Part shown: one piece after another, positions 9,571 to 18,227 of the stretch
How the letters are laid out: the number at the start of each line of letters is the position of its first letter
Position numbering within the stretch: the first letter of the stretch is position 1
Assembly: GCA_963663995.1 (NCBI GenBank)
Contig: OY760660.1
Coordinates: forward strand, 1,050,001-1,082,000
DNA: 32,000 nucleotides
Direction of reading: 5' to 3'
Source of the DNA: Erysipelotrichaceae bacterium
GTDB lineage: Bacteria > Bacillota_I > Bacilli_A > Erysipelotrichales > Erysipelotrichaceae
Notes under the pieces: generated by a model
Seen by the model: the letters and a program-made list of their open reading frames with translations, nothing else
Database searches by the model: none
Told to the model about the DNA's origin: nothing
Program-made: the position numbers and the translations under genes

Positions 9571-9584
9571 CTGTCCGTATGGCT
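9571..9584 (-). repeat. Leader motif copy 1 (RNA sense AGCCAUACGGACAG)
   Basis: Direct repeat of the motif at 9430..9448. It is followed by a perfect hairpin GGCAAC-ATT-GTTGCC (plus 9537..9551). Confidence 0.75.
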
Positions 9585-9627
9585 ACTCACAATTGATACT
9601 CATAAGTATGGTCGAATAACTAATTTT

Positions 9628-9644
9628 TGTGAATTTTGTTCACA
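9628..9644. promoter_or_regulatory. Palindrome TGTGAA-N5-TTCACA at the probable polyamine-operon promoter
   Basis: Perfect 6-bp arms. One arm (minus-strand TTCACA) doubles as a possible -35 located 17 nt upstream of CATACT (plus 9605..9610). Confidence 0.4.
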
Positions 9645-9732
9645 TCAAATAATAGTCGTGTCAATCATATATGACTTTGTACGCTTTTACAAGGACTCTC
9701 ACAAAAAACATGAAAAATAATCATGAAAATAC

Positions 9733-9754
9733 AAAAAAAAGAGGTTTCCCTCTT
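9733..9754 (-). terminator. Intrinsic terminator of the GH13 gene
   Basis: Minus strand: AAGAGG-GAAA-CCTCTT followed by a T run. The stem begins within the stop codon. Confidence 0.7.
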
Positions 9755-11439
9755 TATAAACTAATCCATTTATATTCAAACGCTTCAAGTTCAATCTTAT
9801 CCTTTAACATTACACTCTCACCATCAATAACTTGTTTCACTGATGATAGATTTTGTAAAACACAAACTTGATCATCTTGATAAGCTCTTCGATAAGCTAA
9901 GATATGTTTATTTACAGTTCCATCAGGTTTTTTTGCTTCAATAAATTCGAGTGTTCCTCTGGCGAATGCAGGATGTTGAGCTCTTAGTTTTGTCATCGCT
10001 TTTATTTCATTATAGATTTGTGAAGCAAGTGATTTAGGATCTTTTAAGTCTTCATCAATTGTCTTCCAATCCATCCGCCCACGACCTAAATAACGCGAAT
10101 CTTTATATCCACTTAACTTATACATTTCATCAAAATATTCATAATCATTTAATTTAGCAATTTCATCTCCATAATAAATGACTGGTGTACCAATTAATGT
10201 AAACATAATCGAATAAGCTAAACAAATTCGTTTAGGATCACGATCAAATAAATCCGCTAAACGAGCTGAGATACCTTCTCCTTGTCTAAAATCCCATGAA
10301 GCATCTTTTGCATAATAATTAAAGATATACTTACGCTCTTCAGGTGAAACCATTTCTAAGGTCAACTCATCATGACATCTTAGAAAACTAAACCACTGAC
10401 AAGCATCAGGTATTTCTGGGGTAACAGCTACAGACATAACCTTTTCAATAGCCGACCCATCCTCTTCTGCCATGGCTTTATATATTCTTGGCATAACTGG
10501 AAAATGATAAGCCGCATTACATTCAGCCCCTTCACCGAAATATTCAACAACTTGTTTAGGTGGTTGACATGCTTCTGCTAAAAGTAAATTATCTTCACTT
10601 AAATAATCCAATGTTGCTTTAAAGAATTGAACGATTAAATGTGTTTTAGGCAAGTTCTCACAAATGGTATTTTCTTCTTTCCAAAGATAAGGCACGGCGT
10701 CAGCTCTAAATCCATCCACCCCTTTGATTTTCCATCCAATCAACATATTTGTCATGGCAACTAATACATCAGGGTTTCGATAGTTTAAATCCGGTTGAAT
10801 ATCAAAGAAACGGTGGAAGAAATATTGTCCAGCCACTTCATCCCACTGCCAATTACTATCCATCATCCCTTTAAAGATAATTCGAGCATCTTTATATTTT
10901 TCTTGATCATCATTCCAAATGAAATAATCACGATACTTATTATCTTTTGAACTACGTGCTTCTAAAAACCAATGATGTTGATTGGAACAATGATTCATCG
11001 CCACATCAAATATTACTTTTATTCCTTTTTCATGAGCTGTATCTATAAATTCTTTAAAGACTTTATCTTTTACTTTTTTATCACTATCTTTGTCTAAGCC
11101 TAATAAATCAGGACGTATCGATTCGTAATCTGAAATATCAAAGCCAGCATCCTTCATGGGTGATTCAAGAATTGGTAATAACCATAAGCAGTTCACACCT
11201 AATTCTTGAAGATAATCAAGCTTAGCCTTTAAGCCATTAAAGTCTTTATTAAATAAATCAACATAAGCTGAATAAACGACTGCATCTTTATACCAATCAT
11301 TTTTCCCATTATTATTCTTTGAAAAATAATCACGTTTAATCTGTTCGACTTCTTCAATGAAAGCTTCAAGTTTATCATGTGCACCATGATCAATGAAATC
11401 ACCATAGATTTCATTCCATAATCTTTTTATATTTTGCAT
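9754..11439 (-). CDS. GH13 alpha-amylase-family enzyme (trehalose synthase / amylosucrase-like transglucosidase; specificity not resolved)
   Basis: The four GH13 conserved regions are visible: VIFDVAMNH, GFRADAVPYL, LLLAEA, FLRCHDE. No signal peptide is apparent. AGAGG SD. Confidence 0.8.
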   Translation of the reverse strand: MQNIKRLWNEIYGDFIDHGAHDKLEAFIEEVEQIKRDYFSKNNNGKNDWYKDAVVYSAYVDLFNKDFNGLKAKLDYLQELGVNCLWLLPILESPMKDAGFDISDYESIRPDLLGLDKDSDKKVKDKVFKEFIDTAHEKGIKVIFDVAMNHCSNQHHWFLEARSSKDNKYRDYFIWNDDQEKYKDARIIFKGMMDSNWQWDEVAGQYFFHRFFDIQPDLNYRNPDVLVAMTNMLIGWKIKGVDGFRADAVPYLWKEENTICENLPKTHLIVQFFKATLDYLSEDNLLLAEACQPPKQVVEYFGEGAECNAAYHFPVMPRIYKAMAEEDGSAIEKVMSVAVTPEIPDACQWFSFLRCHDELTLEMVSPEERKYIFNYYAKDASWDFRQGEGISARLADLFDRDPKRICLAYSIMFTLIGTPVIYYGDEIAKLNDYEYFDEMYKLSGYKDSRYLGRGRMDWKTIDEDLKDPKSLASQIYNEIKAMTKLRAQHPAFARGTLEFIEAKKPDGTVNKHILAYRRAYQDDQVCVLQNLSSVKQVIDGESVMLKDKIELEAFEYKWISL

Positions 11440-11512
11440 GTTAAAACCTCTGATTTCATTATAGACTTCTCAAAAACTTTTTATTTATGCAACATGCACA
11501 AATAAAACACAA

Positions 11513-12055
11513 TTAAGATTTCAACGATATCTCTAAGAGTTTCTTAGTGGTATTTGCATTTCGAATTGTTGTTGAATTCAATAATTTTTTAGAAACAAGT
11601 TTTGAAAGTCTTTGTCGATCATAACTATCTTTATGCATTGAGTAAAAAATCAATTTCCCATAGTAACTAACTTTATCATCGTCCAACTTATTCTCTATCA
11701 TTGATTCAATCACATCATCCCTAAGATCATCATTCATTATAAAAATTGTATTGTGAACATATTGATCATCATTTCCCCATCCTTGATGACTATGATCTAA
11801 AGCATTTTTCAAATCTTCTTCTTTAATGACTGCTAGATCGATATTTAAGTTAAAGTTTGTATTGATTAGATTTTTACATATCTTTTCTAGATCACTTATT
11901 TGAATATCATTGGCATTAAAGAAAAGATTTCCACTATTGATGTATGATTGAACATTTGAAAATTCTCGTGAAAAAACGGATTTTAGATCATCCATTTTCA
12001 AGATCTTTTTAGAACCAACATTTATGCCTCTAAGAAGTAAAATTACTTTTATCAT
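11513..12055 (-). CDS. DUF1697-family protein
   Basis: The N-terminus MIKVILLLRGINVGSKKILKMDDL matches the characteristic DUF1697 start (recognised from memory). Confidence 0.6.
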   Translation of the reverse strand: MIKVILLLRGINVGSKKILKMDDLKSVFSREFSNVQSYINSGNLFFNANDIQISDLEKICKNLINTNFNLNIDLAVIKEEDLKNALDHSHQGWGNDDQYVHNTIFIMNDDLRDDVIESMIENKLDDDKVSYYGKLIFYSMHKDSYDRQRLSKLVSKKLLNSTTIRNANTTKKLLEISLKS

Positions 12056-12183
12056 TCTATCTAGATTTTACACCTTTAATCTTTAATCCATGTGATTTAC
12101 TCTTTAATGATTAAAACAACTATTTCTAGACGTTTATTATGGTTTAAGATAAAGATAAGAGTTTAATCAAAAAGAGGTCATAT

Positions 12184-13074
12184 ATGAATACACAGATCGA
12201 TTTACACATGCATTCTTATTTTTCAGATGATGGACAATTTAATGAAGAAGAACTCATTGATATCGCAAAGAAAAATAAATTAAAAATTATTGCAATTGCT
12301 GATCACAATAGTGTTGAAGCTATTGAGAAAGCACATGTTCTAGCAGATGAAAATAATATTAAACTTATCCCAGCCATTGAAATAGATTGTACTTATAATG
12401 ATATCAATCTTCATGTTTTAGCTTATGGAATAGACTACAAGAATCCAAAGTTTAATCAATTAGGTCAAGACATCATCAAACAAGAACTTGAAACAAGTTA
12501 TGAAAAAATAAAACTTGTTAATCAACTAGGTTTTGAAATCACAAAAGAACAATTAGACAAATTAAGCACAAATGGTGTTTACACTGGTGAAATGTTTGCG
12601 GAAGTCTTATTAGAAGATCAAAGATATTTGGACCATCAATTACTCATACCCTATCGCAAAAATGGAAATCGATCAGATAACCCTTTTGTGAATTTTTATT
12701 GGGATTATTTTGCCCAAGGAAAAGCCTGTTATACAAAAGTAATTTATCCAAGTTTAGAAGAAATTCTAAATCTAATTCACTCTAATGGTGGTATCTCAGT
12801 TTTGGCTCACCCAGGAAATAATCTTAAAGGAAAATTTGAATTATTAGATGAAATGGTATCTCTAGGTTTAAAAGGTGTTGAAGCTTTCTCTAGTTATCAT
12901 TCAAATGAAACAAACCTATATTTCTACGACAAAGCAAAAGAACTCAAACTCTTAATGACTTGTGGTAGTGACTTCCATGGGAAAACTAAACCTTCGATCA
13001 AGATGGGTGAGAGTGGCTGTTTAGTAGATTATGAAAGCATGAAAGAACAATTAGAATCCTACCAACTCATATAA
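12184..13074 (+). CDS. PHP-domain metal-dependent phosphoesterase
   Basis: N-terminal IDLHMHSYFSDDG (HxH), AIADHN, a C-terminal HP...GSDFHG pattern, and an AAGAGG SD. Confidence 0.75.
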   Translation: MNTQIDLHMHSYFSDDGQFNEEELIDIAKKNKLKIIAIADHNSVEAIEKAHVLADENNIKLIPAIEIDCTYNDINLHVLAYGIDYKNPKFNQLGQDIIKQELETSYEKIKLVNQLGFEITKEQLDKLSTNGVYTGEMFAEVLLEDQRYLDHQLLIPYRKNGNRSDNPFVNFYWDYFAQGKACYTKVIYPSLEEILNLIHSNGGISVLAHPGNNLKGKFELLDEMVSLGLKGVEAFSSYHSNETNLYFYDKAKELKLLMTCGSDFHGKTKPSIKMGESGCLVDYESMKEQLESYQLI

Positions 13075-13076
13075 AA

Positions 13077-13099
13077 AACATCCTTATAAAAAGGATGTT
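13077..13099 (-). terminator. Intrinsic terminator after patB
   Basis: AACATCCTT / AAGGATGTT 9-bp stem with a 5-nt loop. The T run is present only in the minus-strand sense. Confidence 0.6.
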
Positions 13100-13114
13100 A
13101 ATCTTCAAAACATT

Positions 13115-14281
13115 TTAGTCTATGAACTGTAAATCATAGGCTTTTTTTAAGCGATTTAATCCGTCGATAATATGATCTCGGCTTGTCGCACTGTTTAGTC
13201 TAATAAACGATTGACCATTTCCGCCATAATGATTCCCTGCAGAAATAATTAACCCTGTTTTCTCCCTAATAAAGTCAGCAAAATCTTCTGCATCAATAGC
13301 TAATTCCCTAATATCAATCCAAACTAAATAAGTCGCATGAGATTTAACAACCTGTAGTTTTGGACATTCTTTTTCAATAAATGAATAGATAAACTTTTTA
13401 TTTTCAAAAAGATACGCTCTCAATTCTTCTAACCATGATTCACCTTTTGTAAAAGCAGATACGGTAGAAAGTGTCGCAAACACATTGGGTTCTGCCACCT
13501 CATTTGAATTCAAACCACGCTCCATGATTGCTCTAAGCTTTGGACTAGGAATAATGACTGCAGCTGATTGAAGTCCAGCAAGATTAAATGTTTTACTTGC
13601 AGCAACACAGGTAACACTGTTATTTAAACAATTATCAGAAACTGAAGCAAACGGAATATATTCATAACCGGGATCACAAAGATCACAGTGAATTTCATCC
13701 GATATAACGACGACATTATATTTATAACATAAATCTCCAATTCTTTTTAAATCTTCTTTTGACCATATATTTCCACTTGGATTTTGCGGATTACAAAGAA
13801 TCATTAGACTAGATGTATCACGTGATAACTTTTCTTCTAAGTCATTAAAGTCTATTGAATAAGATTGACCATCATAGATAAGTTCATTTTCTAAAACATG
13901 TCGTCCATGATTTAAAATGGAGTTATAAAAGACATTAAAGGTCGGTGTTTGAATAATGACATTATCACCCACATTACTTAAACGTTGAACAGCTGTCGTA
14001 ATACTTGCGACAACACCAGTTGAAAAAATCATCCAGTCTTTTTCAAATTTAAAGTGATGGCGTTTAATCCACCAATTTTGAATAGACGAAGACCAATGTT
14101 CGTTAATACTTGTATAACCAAACACACCGTGTTCTACACGATTCTTTAAATCTTCAATTATTTCAGGAGCTGTCTGAAAATCCATGTCAGCAACCCACAT
14201 CGGTAACTCATGTTTCTTTATATCCCATTTATAGGAATCTGCACTAAAGCGATTTATCGATTTATCAAAATTGGTTTTCAT
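13115..14281 (-). CDS. patB: MalY/PatB-family C-S lyase (cystathionine beta-lyase-type PLP aminotransferase fold)
   Basis: N-terminal FDKSINRFSADSYKWD and the PLP-lysine motif SKTFNLAGL. The start overlaps the upstream stop (ATGA). Confidence 0.8.
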   Translation of the reverse strand: MKTNFDKSINRFSADSYKWDIKKHELPMWVADMDFQTAPEIIEDLKNRVEHGVFGYTSINEHWSSSIQNWWIKRHHFKFEKDWMIFSTGVVASITTAVQRLSNVGDNVIIQTPTFNVFYNSILNHGRHVLENELIYDGQSYSIDFNDLEEKLSRDTSSLMILCNPQNPSGNIWSKEDLKRIGDLCYKYNVVVISDEIHCDLCDPGYEYIPFASVSDNCLNNSVTCVAASKTFNLAGLQSAAVIIPSPKLRAIMERGLNSNEVAEPNVFATLSTVSAFTKGESWLEELRAYLFENKKFIYSFIEKECPKLQVVKSHATYLVWIDIRELAIDAEDFADFIREKTGLIISAGNHYGGNGQSFIRLNSATSRDHIIDGLNRLKKAYDLQFID

Positions 14282-15120
14282 ACTTTTCTTATCTTTATAA
14301 TTGTATTTTCCGCTTTAACATCTTCGTTGTCAAAAATAATTTCATTAACTTCATCCACTAAAATTTGCCCAGAGATTGGATTTTTTATACTTTCAAGCAC
14401 ACCATGAATTTCTGCATCAACACTTGAATATTCAAAGGCTAAATCAGTATGGACTAATGTACAATTTACTAATTTTACATTTTCCATATAACACATACCT
14501 TGATTACTCTCAATTGTACAGTTCTTGAATGTCACATTCTTTGAGTTCCAACCAATATATTCACCAGAAATAATTGAATCTTCAACCACAACGTTTTCGC
14601 AATTCCAAAAAGCATCTTTTGAAGCAAGTCGTGAGTTTTTAACAAGTACATTTACACAGCCATCAAATGCATAACTACTTGTGATTGATAGTTGATCAAC
14701 TTCAATGTTTTTGGATCCCATCGCAAAATACATACCATTAGCACTGACATTCTTCATCACAATATCATTACAATTCCAAAGTGTTTCTTCAGCATTTGAG
14801 AATTGGACATTTTCCAATTTAATTTGACTTGACCGTCTAAAACTTTTAGGTGCTTCGATACTTACATTCTTCAAATTAATATTATGTGTATACCATATAG
14901 CTGCACGTGCATTAATATTAAGAATACTGTTTGTTAATTCAATATCCTTGCTGTACCAAAATGGATACTTCCATTCAAATACACTTTGTTCTACTTTTAT
15001 ATTTTTACTTTCTTTTAAAGGTGACTCGCCATCAAAAAAAGTTGAATATTTAATATCTAAGTCATGACCTTGAAACAGTGCTCGTTCACCCGTAAATTTT
15101 TTATGTTCTAATATTTTCAT
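14278..15120 (-). CDS. DUF3737-family protein (beta-helix-like repeats)
   Basis: The N-terminus MKILEHKKFTGERALF and repetitive N-V/I-x segments match my recollection of DUF3737. The start is set at the ATG at 15120, 7 nt after GGAGG; the track begins one codon earlier at a TTG. Confidence 0.55.
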   Translation of the reverse strand: MKILEHKKFTGERALFQGHDLDIKYSTFFDGESPLKESKNIKVEQSVFEWKYPFWYSKDIELTNSILNINARAAIWYTHNINLKNVSIEAPKSFRRSSQIKLENVQFSNAEETLWNCNDIVMKNVSANGMYFAMGSKNIEVDQLSITSSYAFDGCVNVLVKNSRLASKDAFWNCENVVVEDSIISGEYIGWNSKNVTFKNCTIESNQGMCYMENVKLVNCTLVHTDLAFEYSSVDAEIHGVLESIKNPISGQILVDEVNEIIFDNEDVKAENTIIKIRKV

Positions 15121-15146
15121 CAATTTTCCTCCAACACAACAATGCT

Positions 15147-15177
15147 ATCCTACTACTTAGAGTTAACTTTAAGTCAA
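15147..15177 (-). promoter_or_regulatory. MerR-type promoter G (class-2 dyad) for DUF3737-patB
   Basis: Minus strand: TTGACT-TAAAGTTAACTCTAAGTAG-TAGGAT, an exact 19-nt spacer. The 18-bp dyad CTTAAAGTTAACTCTAAG matches 16 of 18 positions. The -10 lies 26 nt from the ATG. Confidence 0.65.
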
Positions 15178-15218
15178 GGGATTTTCAACATTATTTCAAA
15201 ATCATCATTTATTTCATT

Positions 15219-15263
15219 AAAAATCCCATCAACGTCACTTTTATATGTGACATTGAAGGGATT
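15219..15263 (-). terminator. Strong intrinsic terminator after the NTF2-like/AKR unit
   Basis: Minus strand: AATCCCTTCAATGTCAC-ATATAAAA-GTGACGTTGATGGGATT (17 positions, 1 mismatch, 1 G-U) followed by TTTTT. Confidence 0.75.
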
Positions 15264-15297
15264 GTATTTACTGCAATTATTTTGAAAATCTAAGAGA

Positions 15298-16164
<867 letters not shown>

Positions 16165-16524
16165 TTAATAAACAATTTTCGTGAATGATAGTGAAGCTAA
16201 TTTGTAACTATCTTCAGTTACAGTATAAACCTCTGTCACAACAAAAGGATTTGTCACTTCATTACCACCAACAATAGCGGTTAACTTCAACTTGTTTAAA
16301 ACAACAAAAATATTGTCCATTTGTTGAATGTTCTCTTCTTCAAAATCAATAGTTTGATAGGTAATTCGTCCTGTTTTAATGGTTTCCGCTTCCTGATTAC
16401 GATCAAGTGTTACACCCATGTGTACAAACAAGGCATTATCATGTGTCATTAACTTAAAAGCATCAACATCTCTGTCTTGAATTACTTTCCAAAGTGATCT
16501 TGAAAATTCATGTATTTTATTCAT
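16165..16524 (-). CDS. Small NTF2-like / SnoaL/DUF4440-like protein
   Basis: 119 aa, no TM segments. Size and pattern are compatible with an NTF2-fold protein, but the family assignment is weak. AGGAGG SD. Confidence 0.45.
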   Translation of the reverse strand: MNKIHEFSRSLWKVIQDRDVDAFKLMTHDNALFVHMGVTLDRNQEAETIKTGRITYQTIDFEEENIQQMDNIFVVLNKLKLTAIVGGNEVTNPFVVTEVYTVTEDSYKLASLSFTKIVY

Positions 16525-16544
16525 CTTATCCTCCTACTATTCTA

Positions 16545-16575
16545 ATTTTAGAACATTGTAGTAACTACAGGTCAA
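16545..16575 (-). promoter_or_regulatory. MerR-type promoter A (class-1 dyad) for NTF2-like + AKR
   Basis: Minus strand: TTGACC-TGTAGTTACTACAATGTTC-TAAAAT, an exact 19-nt spacer. Dyad TGTAGT-T-ACTACA. The -10 lies 20 nt from the ATG at 16524. Confidence 0.7.
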
Positions 16576-16580
16576 GCGTT

Positions 16581-17198
16581 TTAACGAATAAAGTGTGTAT
16601 GTACTCTTTCTTCTTTAAAGGGTAAGCCGAATTCTTCTTTACCTAATTGAATGCTTTTAATTAAGAAAGCCATATTTCTTCCAAGTGTTCGCATTGTTTG
16701 CATACCTTCTTCATCTTTGCGTACATCTTCAGATGTATAACCATGAACACTATTCCAGTACTGACTAGAAGCAATTGGCATTTGTGATAGTGTAAAATAT
16801 TTATTAATCTCATCAAAAGTTGCTGATGATCCACCACGTCTTGCGGAAACAACTGCTGCACCAACTTTCATGGTTTTATCAAATGATGCACTGTAGAAAA
16901 GCCGATCAATAAAAGAAATTAAAGTCCCATTCGCTGAAGCGAAGTATACTGGTGTACCAATGATGATTCCATCACATTTTTCAAATATCTTGTTTGTCTC
17001 ATTAACAATGTCATCAAAGACACATTGGCCTAGCTTTCGACATTGACGACAACCACTACATCCACGAATATCTTGTTTACCAAGTTGAAGAATCTCTGTC
17101 TCTATTCCATTTTCATTAAGTGTTTTTTCAACTTCACTTAAGGCAGTATATGTACAACCATTCTTGTTTGGACTCCCATTAATCATTAATACTTTCAT
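16581..17198 (-). CDS. Flavodoxin-like NAD(P)H-dependent FMN reductase with compact Cys motif (iron-sulfur flavoprotein-like)
   Basis: N-terminal MKVLMINGSPNKNG (flavodoxin-like fold) plus CSGCRQCRKLGQC, i.e. CX2CX2CX5C as in Isf-type proteins. Confidence 0.7.
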   Translation of the reverse strand: MKVLMINGSPNKNGCTYTALSEVEKTLNENGIETEILQLGKQDIRGCSGCRQCRKLGQCVFDDIVNETNKIFEKCDGIIIGTPVYFASANGTLISFIDRLFYSASFDKTMKVGAAVVSARRGGSSATFDEINKYFTLSQMPIASSQYWNSVHGYTSEDVRKDEEGMQTMRTLGRNMAFLIKSIQLGKEEFGLPFKEERVHTHFIR

Positions 17199-17213
17199 AT
17201 AAAATCTCTACCC

Positions 17214-18215
17214 TTATCTAAATTCATTTTTGCGAGGCAAGCTATACCATAATTGATCTAACCATTCTAATTGTTCTTGCGTTAAATCTTTCATATCTGC
17301 AGCCGCTAAGCTAGCATCCATTTGTGATACTTTACTTGCGCCAATAATGACAGAACTAATACCTTTTTGTTGGATTACCCACTTTACAGCTGTCGCAATC
17401 ATGTCAAGATTTTGATCTTCACACCATTTGCGATAGGCTTCTACTGCTTCAAATTGTGCTTCATGCCAATAACGTTCTTGATAGAGTTTTCCAGTAGCAG
17501 CAGCTAGTCCAAAACGAGTTCCTTCAATCGGTTCACTATTCTTTTTATATTTACCTGTTAACAATCCTGCTGCAAGCGGATTATAGCTAATCACCGCAAT
17601 ATTTTCCTCAATACACATTGGTAGTAGATCATCTTCAATCATTCTAAAAAGTAAGTTGTATCTTGGTTCAACTACACCATATGGGATAAAGTGTTTTAAA
17701 TTCGCAATTCCATTGGCTTTCATGATTTGCCAGGCACGCCAATTAGAAATCCCAATATATTTAACTTTTCCACTTTCAATCAGTTCATTAAAAGCTTCAA
17801 GTGTTTCTTCTAAATCTGCTTCAGGGTCAAACTGATGAGCTAAGTAGACATCAATATAATCTGTTTGTAGTCTTTTTAAACTGGCATCAATCGCTTTAAA
17901 GATAGCTTCTTTACTTAGTCCTCTATCATCTTTTTCTGGTCCCATGGTTCCAAAGACTTTTGTCACTAATATAAATTTCTCACGTTTACCTTTTAGCCAC
18001 TCACCAATATATTCTTCAGTTCTACCTGATTCGCTACTTGATGTTCGTCCAATTGGATATACATTAGCTGTATCAATGAAATTAATCCCAGCTGCTTCAG
18101 CCTTATCTAGAATTTTAAAAGCTTCTTCTTTGTCCGCTTGTACACCAAAAGTCATTGTACCTAAACATAAGCGTGATACTTTTAAACCTGTTTTTCCTAA
18201 TTCAACATATTCCAT
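17214..18215 (-). CDS. Aldo/keto reductase (Tas/YajO-like, ~330 aa subfamily)
   Basis: MEYVELGKTGLKVSRLCLGTMTFG..., IDTANVY, and a 333-aa length typical of this AKR subfamily. Confidence 0.85.
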   Translation of the reverse strand: MEYVELGKTGLKVSRLCLGTMTFGVQADKEEAFKILDKAEAAGINFIDTANVYPIGRTSSSESGRTEEYIGEWLKGKREKFILVTKVFGTMGPEKDDRGLSKEAIFKAIDASLKRLQTDYIDVYLAHQFDPEADLEETLEAFNELIESGKVKYIGISNWRAWQIMKANGIANLKHFIPYGVVEPRYNLLFRMIEDDLLPMCIEENIAVISYNPLAAGLLTGKYKKNSEPIEGTRFGLAAATGKLYQERYWHEAQFEAVEAYRKWCEDQNLDMIATAVKWVIQQKGISSVIIGASKVSQMDASLAAADMKDLTQEQLEWLDQLWYSLPRKNEFR

Positions 18216-18227
18216 ATTTTTATACCA

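Larger units (their letters stand above)
9357..9600 (-). promoter_or_regulatory. Structured 5' leader of the polyamine operon (candidate riboswitch / attenuator, class not recognised)
   Basis: About 240 nt of non-coding RNA-sense sequence lies between a weak promoter candidate and the speA SD. It contains several hairpins, a repeated 14-nt motif, two hairpin+U-tract elements and a possible antiterminator pairing (details in findings). Confidence 0.55.

Noticed and set aside
9357-9600. Classifying the polyamine leader as a T-box, SAM-I, guanidine-I/II/III (ykkC, mini-ykkC) or lysine riboswitch.
   Set aside because: Only fragmentary resemblances exist (AAGAGUGGUAGAAGC vs the T-box GGGUGGUACCGCG; AUCAAUAAGAG vs the SAM-I start; CUAGG...CCGG vs ykkC; ACGG not in a G-C-closed tetraloop). 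The diagnostic conserved blocks of each class are missing. A covariance-model search is needed to be sure.
12074-12115. Three copies of CTTTAAT and a 13-nt palindrome TTTAATGATTAAA in the DUF1697/PHP divergent intergenic region.
   Set aside because: The motifs are short, purely A/T-rich and sit in an AT-rich spacer. I cannot distinguish them from chance or ordinary promoter A/T tracts without comparative data.
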